Assembly (NCBI GenBank): GCA_043228905.1
Contig: JBHGNT010000004.1
Span: forward strand, 12,214,001 to 12,278,000
Direction: 5' to 3'
Length of the DNA: 64,000 bases
Source of the DNA: Azolla caroliniana
Taxonomy: Eukaryota; Plantae; Polypodiophyta
Positions within the stretch are counted from its first letter, which is position 1, and every line of letters begins with the position of its first letter. The notes beneath the pieces were generated by a model, which saw only the letters and a list, made by a program, of their open reading frames with translations, was not told the origin of the DNA and made no database searches. Positions 60,939-64,000 of the stretch are shown in pieces. The position numbers and the translations under genes were made by a program.

Positions 60939-61499
60939 CTCTCTCATTATCTGTGCATCTCTCTCCCTCTTTCTCACATGCAAACCCCCTTGGGAGGGGG
61001 GTAGAGCCGATCTTGCTCCACCCCCTACCCATCAACAGTTTCCGGAAACTTTGTATCGCTATCTTTCTCAGCCGCCTATTCTTGATTCCCACGCTCCCAT
61101 GTTGTGTATAACGATAGTATGATTGTGATGCGTGGTGCTCCTTAAATGGGGCTGATGTCACACCTTTTCCACTTGCCCGTTCATTATTACCTTTTAAAAT
61201 CTCGTACTTTTAGTATTGATATTGTTGTTATGATTACTATTATTCTTATTATCTTGAATTTTATGATGATAATGATTATTTTTTTCCGTTGTACGCCGGA
61301 AATACGACATGATCTACTCATTATCGACGGTTGTCGTTGCTACCTCCGACCCCGACTGGTTTTGCCAACTATCCGGCACCGGTGTGGTCGGTTCCTTTCC
61401 GGGACACACGTCCAATTGTTCCCCGGTGTGCAATTTCCCAACGTCCCATTTTTCTTTGTGTTGCTCAAGTTCCTTTGTGTTGATTCAGTTTGCCCACAT

Positions 61500-61590
61500 C
61501 GGTGCTTTGTACGGTTTGAGCCAGAATCCATTTACCCATTTTTCCAATACTTCCTTGGCCAATGTTCCTAGCTAGTACGACCCCTTGACC
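61500..61590 (-). pseudogene. Integrase C-terminal tail of another Arg-group Gypsy
   Basis: Translates KGSY*LGTLAKEVLEKWVNGFWLKPYK, matching the J integrase end GSYQLGMLVGEVL. Confidence 0.7.
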
Positions 61591-61673
61591 TCCTTTGTAA
61601 TCTAGTATTGTAATAACCAAGATCATTAATCCTAAAATAAAGACATAAATTACACAATGATAATGAAAATACG

Positions 61674-62900
61674 TGTTACCACCCATCCGCCCCCGCGCCA
61701 GAGTCAACAGCGCAGACGAGGAATCTCGATCTGTCCCATACCAGCCAAGATCTCCACATCAGGACCTTGGTAGATGACTAGTCCACATTAAAGAGAGCTT
61801 CGTCAGAACCACTCATGGGACCCCCCCTTGACTAAGGAGAGTATGCCCTATTTATAGGACCTCGGCCATGTAATGACATCTACCTGACCAATCATGTGCA
61901 GGGTACCCTATGACACACATTAGGTTAGTCCAATAAAGCCAACTAATAAGCACGTCTAAACCAATGAACATTACATATCACCCCCCTCCGTTTAATTGCA
62001 CTCTTGCAATGGGAAGTTAGGAAAAGGTTTGGGTAATGTCTCTTCAGTTTCCCATGTGCTATCTTCCTCCAATCTATCCTTCCACTTAATCTTATAGTGA
62101 TGAACAACTTTTGACCTTAGGTTTCTAGACCTATGATCGAGAATTTTCTTAAGTTCATGTGAATAAAAATGATCATCCTCCAATGTCTATAAATTAGACG
62201 GTGATACAACATTATCATCATAACCAATCGCCTCCTTTAATCGACTCACGTGGAATACGGGATGAACCATAACGTTGGAAGGCAAATCCAAACAATAAGC
62301 ATTGGGACCTATCCATTGTAAAACTTTATATGGTCCACAATACCGTGGGGCTAATTTTGCACACGGTCTTGTTCTCAATGTTTCTGAGTCCTTAGAAGCC
62401 CGTACAAAAACCTGTTGTCCTATGTAGAATTCTCTTGGTTTTCTATCATGATTTGCATAAAAGACATTTCTGTCCCGTGCCATCCTAAGGTTTTCTTCAG
62501 CCAATTTACGTGCTTGAAGCATATAAGAGAGAAAATCTTTTGTACTATCCAATGTATGTGAATCAAATGAAACATCAATAGGAGAACGTGGCGTATAACC
62601 ATACATCAACATGAATGGACTGTATTTTGTTGATGTATGCTTAGCGTTGTTGTAGGCAAATTCCACCATAGGAAGGTAAGTCTCCCATACTGAGGGTTTT
62701 TGCGCTACATATGCTCTCAGCATATCCTCTAATATCTGATTCACTCTCTCAGTCTGCCCATCTGACTAAGGATGATCCGAAGAACTGAGACTCAAGGTTG
62801 TTTGCAGTTTCTGCATAACTTTTGACCAAAATGTACTTGTAAACTTGGAGTCTCGGTCACTTAAAATCTCCATCAGAGACCATATAAGCTATAAAGTTGT
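61674..62900 (-). mobile_element. Chromovirus 3' fragment (integrase, GPY/F, chromodomain, PPT, LTR 61674-61975)
   Basis: NQILEDMLRAYV..EFAYNN; KLAPRYCGPY..HPVFHVSRLK; YKIKWKD..STWE; GGAGGGGGG PPT; TGTAA…TAACA. Confidence 0.9.
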
Positions 62901-63051
62901 TTAATAAACTTACGAAAGCGCTATTTGCCCCCCCATTTTGGCTATCCCCCCACCCCCCTTAAATTTATAGAACCTAATATAACCAAATGAAATTGTTTAT
63001 TAATTAATTAATAAACTCAACATAGCTCAAATGTAATCAAGATATGTAATG

Positions 63052-63310
63052 GAGGCATATAGCCTCTACGCACACGAAACATCCAAAATTAAGGGTTAAT
63101 CATAATACGCAATTGAGGTATTGACCTCTTACGCATACGACACCAGATGCATATCATTTAAATAGAAATCGAGGTATTGACCTCATATGCATATGTAACA
63201 TATGTATCTGAACATAATACGCAATTGAGGTATTAACCTCGTACGCATACGACACGAATGACATATCAAATATATGTCAAATGAGGTATTGACCTCATAC
63301 ACATATGTAC
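63052..63310. repeat. 56-bp minisatellite with palindromic core GAGGTATTGACCTC
   Basis: Cores at 63115, 63171, 63227 and 63283; degenerate copy at 63052. Confidence 0.85.
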
Positions 63311-63519
63311 ACGTTTTATACAACCAATTAATTACCACTACAACATCATTGAATCAATAAAAGAAAACACATATTGACTATACATGATTAGATTGGGAGA
63401 AGAAAGAATAGAAAAAAAACCAGAAAGAGTTACTGAAGTTCCTTTGTTGGTCGCTATCTGGATCAAGGTCGACGACACTCTCGTTTTACCCTCACACTTA
63501 TCCACGTGTATAGAATACT

Positions 63520-63770
63520 ACGGTAAATTCTCACCATGGGATATTATATGGTCATGCTTGTAACAGGGGGCTTGCTTCAAGCCGTAAAGCAACTTCTTGA
63601 GTTGGCACACTAACGACTTGTTCATCTTCGACTGAAATGTATCCATTTTATGAAGATACCACCCCCTTGCCGCAACAATCGCCACCACCACACGGACCAT
63701 CGTCATCTTCACTACCGGAGCGAAGGTCTCGTTGTAGTTGATTCAATGGGTCTGCACATAACACCGGGTC
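63520..63770 (-). pseudogene. Copia RT fragment with an internal deletion
   Basis: DYNETFAPVVKMTMVR..GWYLHKMD..LYGLKQAP. Confidence 0.85.
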
Positions 63771-64000
63771 ATTTGAAACAGGTAATATGTCGCATTATGA
63801 GAACACTGCGTCGAAAAAGGGCACAAAAGCACGCAGTTTTCAGAAAGACACGATGCATGCGTAAAGCTTTTCAGAAAAGGTGGCAAAATATATTGAATTT
63901 CAACATGACTACCACTTTGAGGCATAAGTAAAATGCCTCCAAAAATACATCACCAAAATTACAAAATAATGTACAACATGTCTACCAGTTACAAGTATAC

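Larger units (their letters stand above)
52811..61113 (+). mobile_element. Non-coding non-autonomous Arg-group element R: internal region plus 3' LTR (55379-55541 and 60843-~61113), split by Q and S
   Basis: CGGCC-rich and GA-rich non-coding interior; tRNA-mimic 54221-54252 plus 55369-55376; LTR related to the reverse complement of the S LTR. Confidence 0.65.

Noticed and set aside
63052-63310. CRISPR-like array (palindromic repeat with constant spacing)
   Set aside because: The spacers are related to each other (112-bp dimer period), the repeats are degenerate, there are no cas genes and the context is eukaryotic TE sequence.
63770-64000. Terminal AT-rich segment as host gene exon
   Set aside because: No recognisable motif and cut by the window edge.

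Overview
A 64-kb stretch of plant heterochromatin, probably from a non-seed plant (inferred from the element types and a TTTAGGG telomere motif). It contains no intact host gene. It is a stack of about 20 nested, mostly decayed LTR retrotransposons in four groups. (1) Athila/Tat-like Ty3/Gypsy elements with a tRNA-Arg-type PBS, plus non-autonomous derivatives. (2) A second Gypsy group with TGTCG…CGACA LTRs, a tRNA-Trp PBS and 4-bp TSDs. (3) Two Ty1/Copia lineages. (4) One chromovirus fragment. There is also a possible DNA-transposase relic and a 56-bp minisatellite. The most interesting signals are RNA-level cis-elements that recur across divergent families. (a) Five Arg-group copies lack a polypurine tract and instead carry a copy of a tRNA 3' end (T-arm-like hairpin plus GGGCGTG-CCA) ending 2 nt before the 3' LTR (3-5 nt in one copy), which suggests tRNA- or tRNA-mimic-primed plus-strand synthesis. 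(b) All four clearly Trp-group LTR types carry antisense tRNA-like Pol III A/B-box modules and insert at CpG-centred 4-mers. (c) A complete -1 frameshift cassette (GGAUUUU plus pseudoknot) sits between protease and RT in one element. (d) A covarying hairpin loops out the PPT/LTR junction in four Copia copies. All coordinates and alignments were read by eye, and tRNA identities are from memory of plant tRNA 3' ends and need database confirmation.
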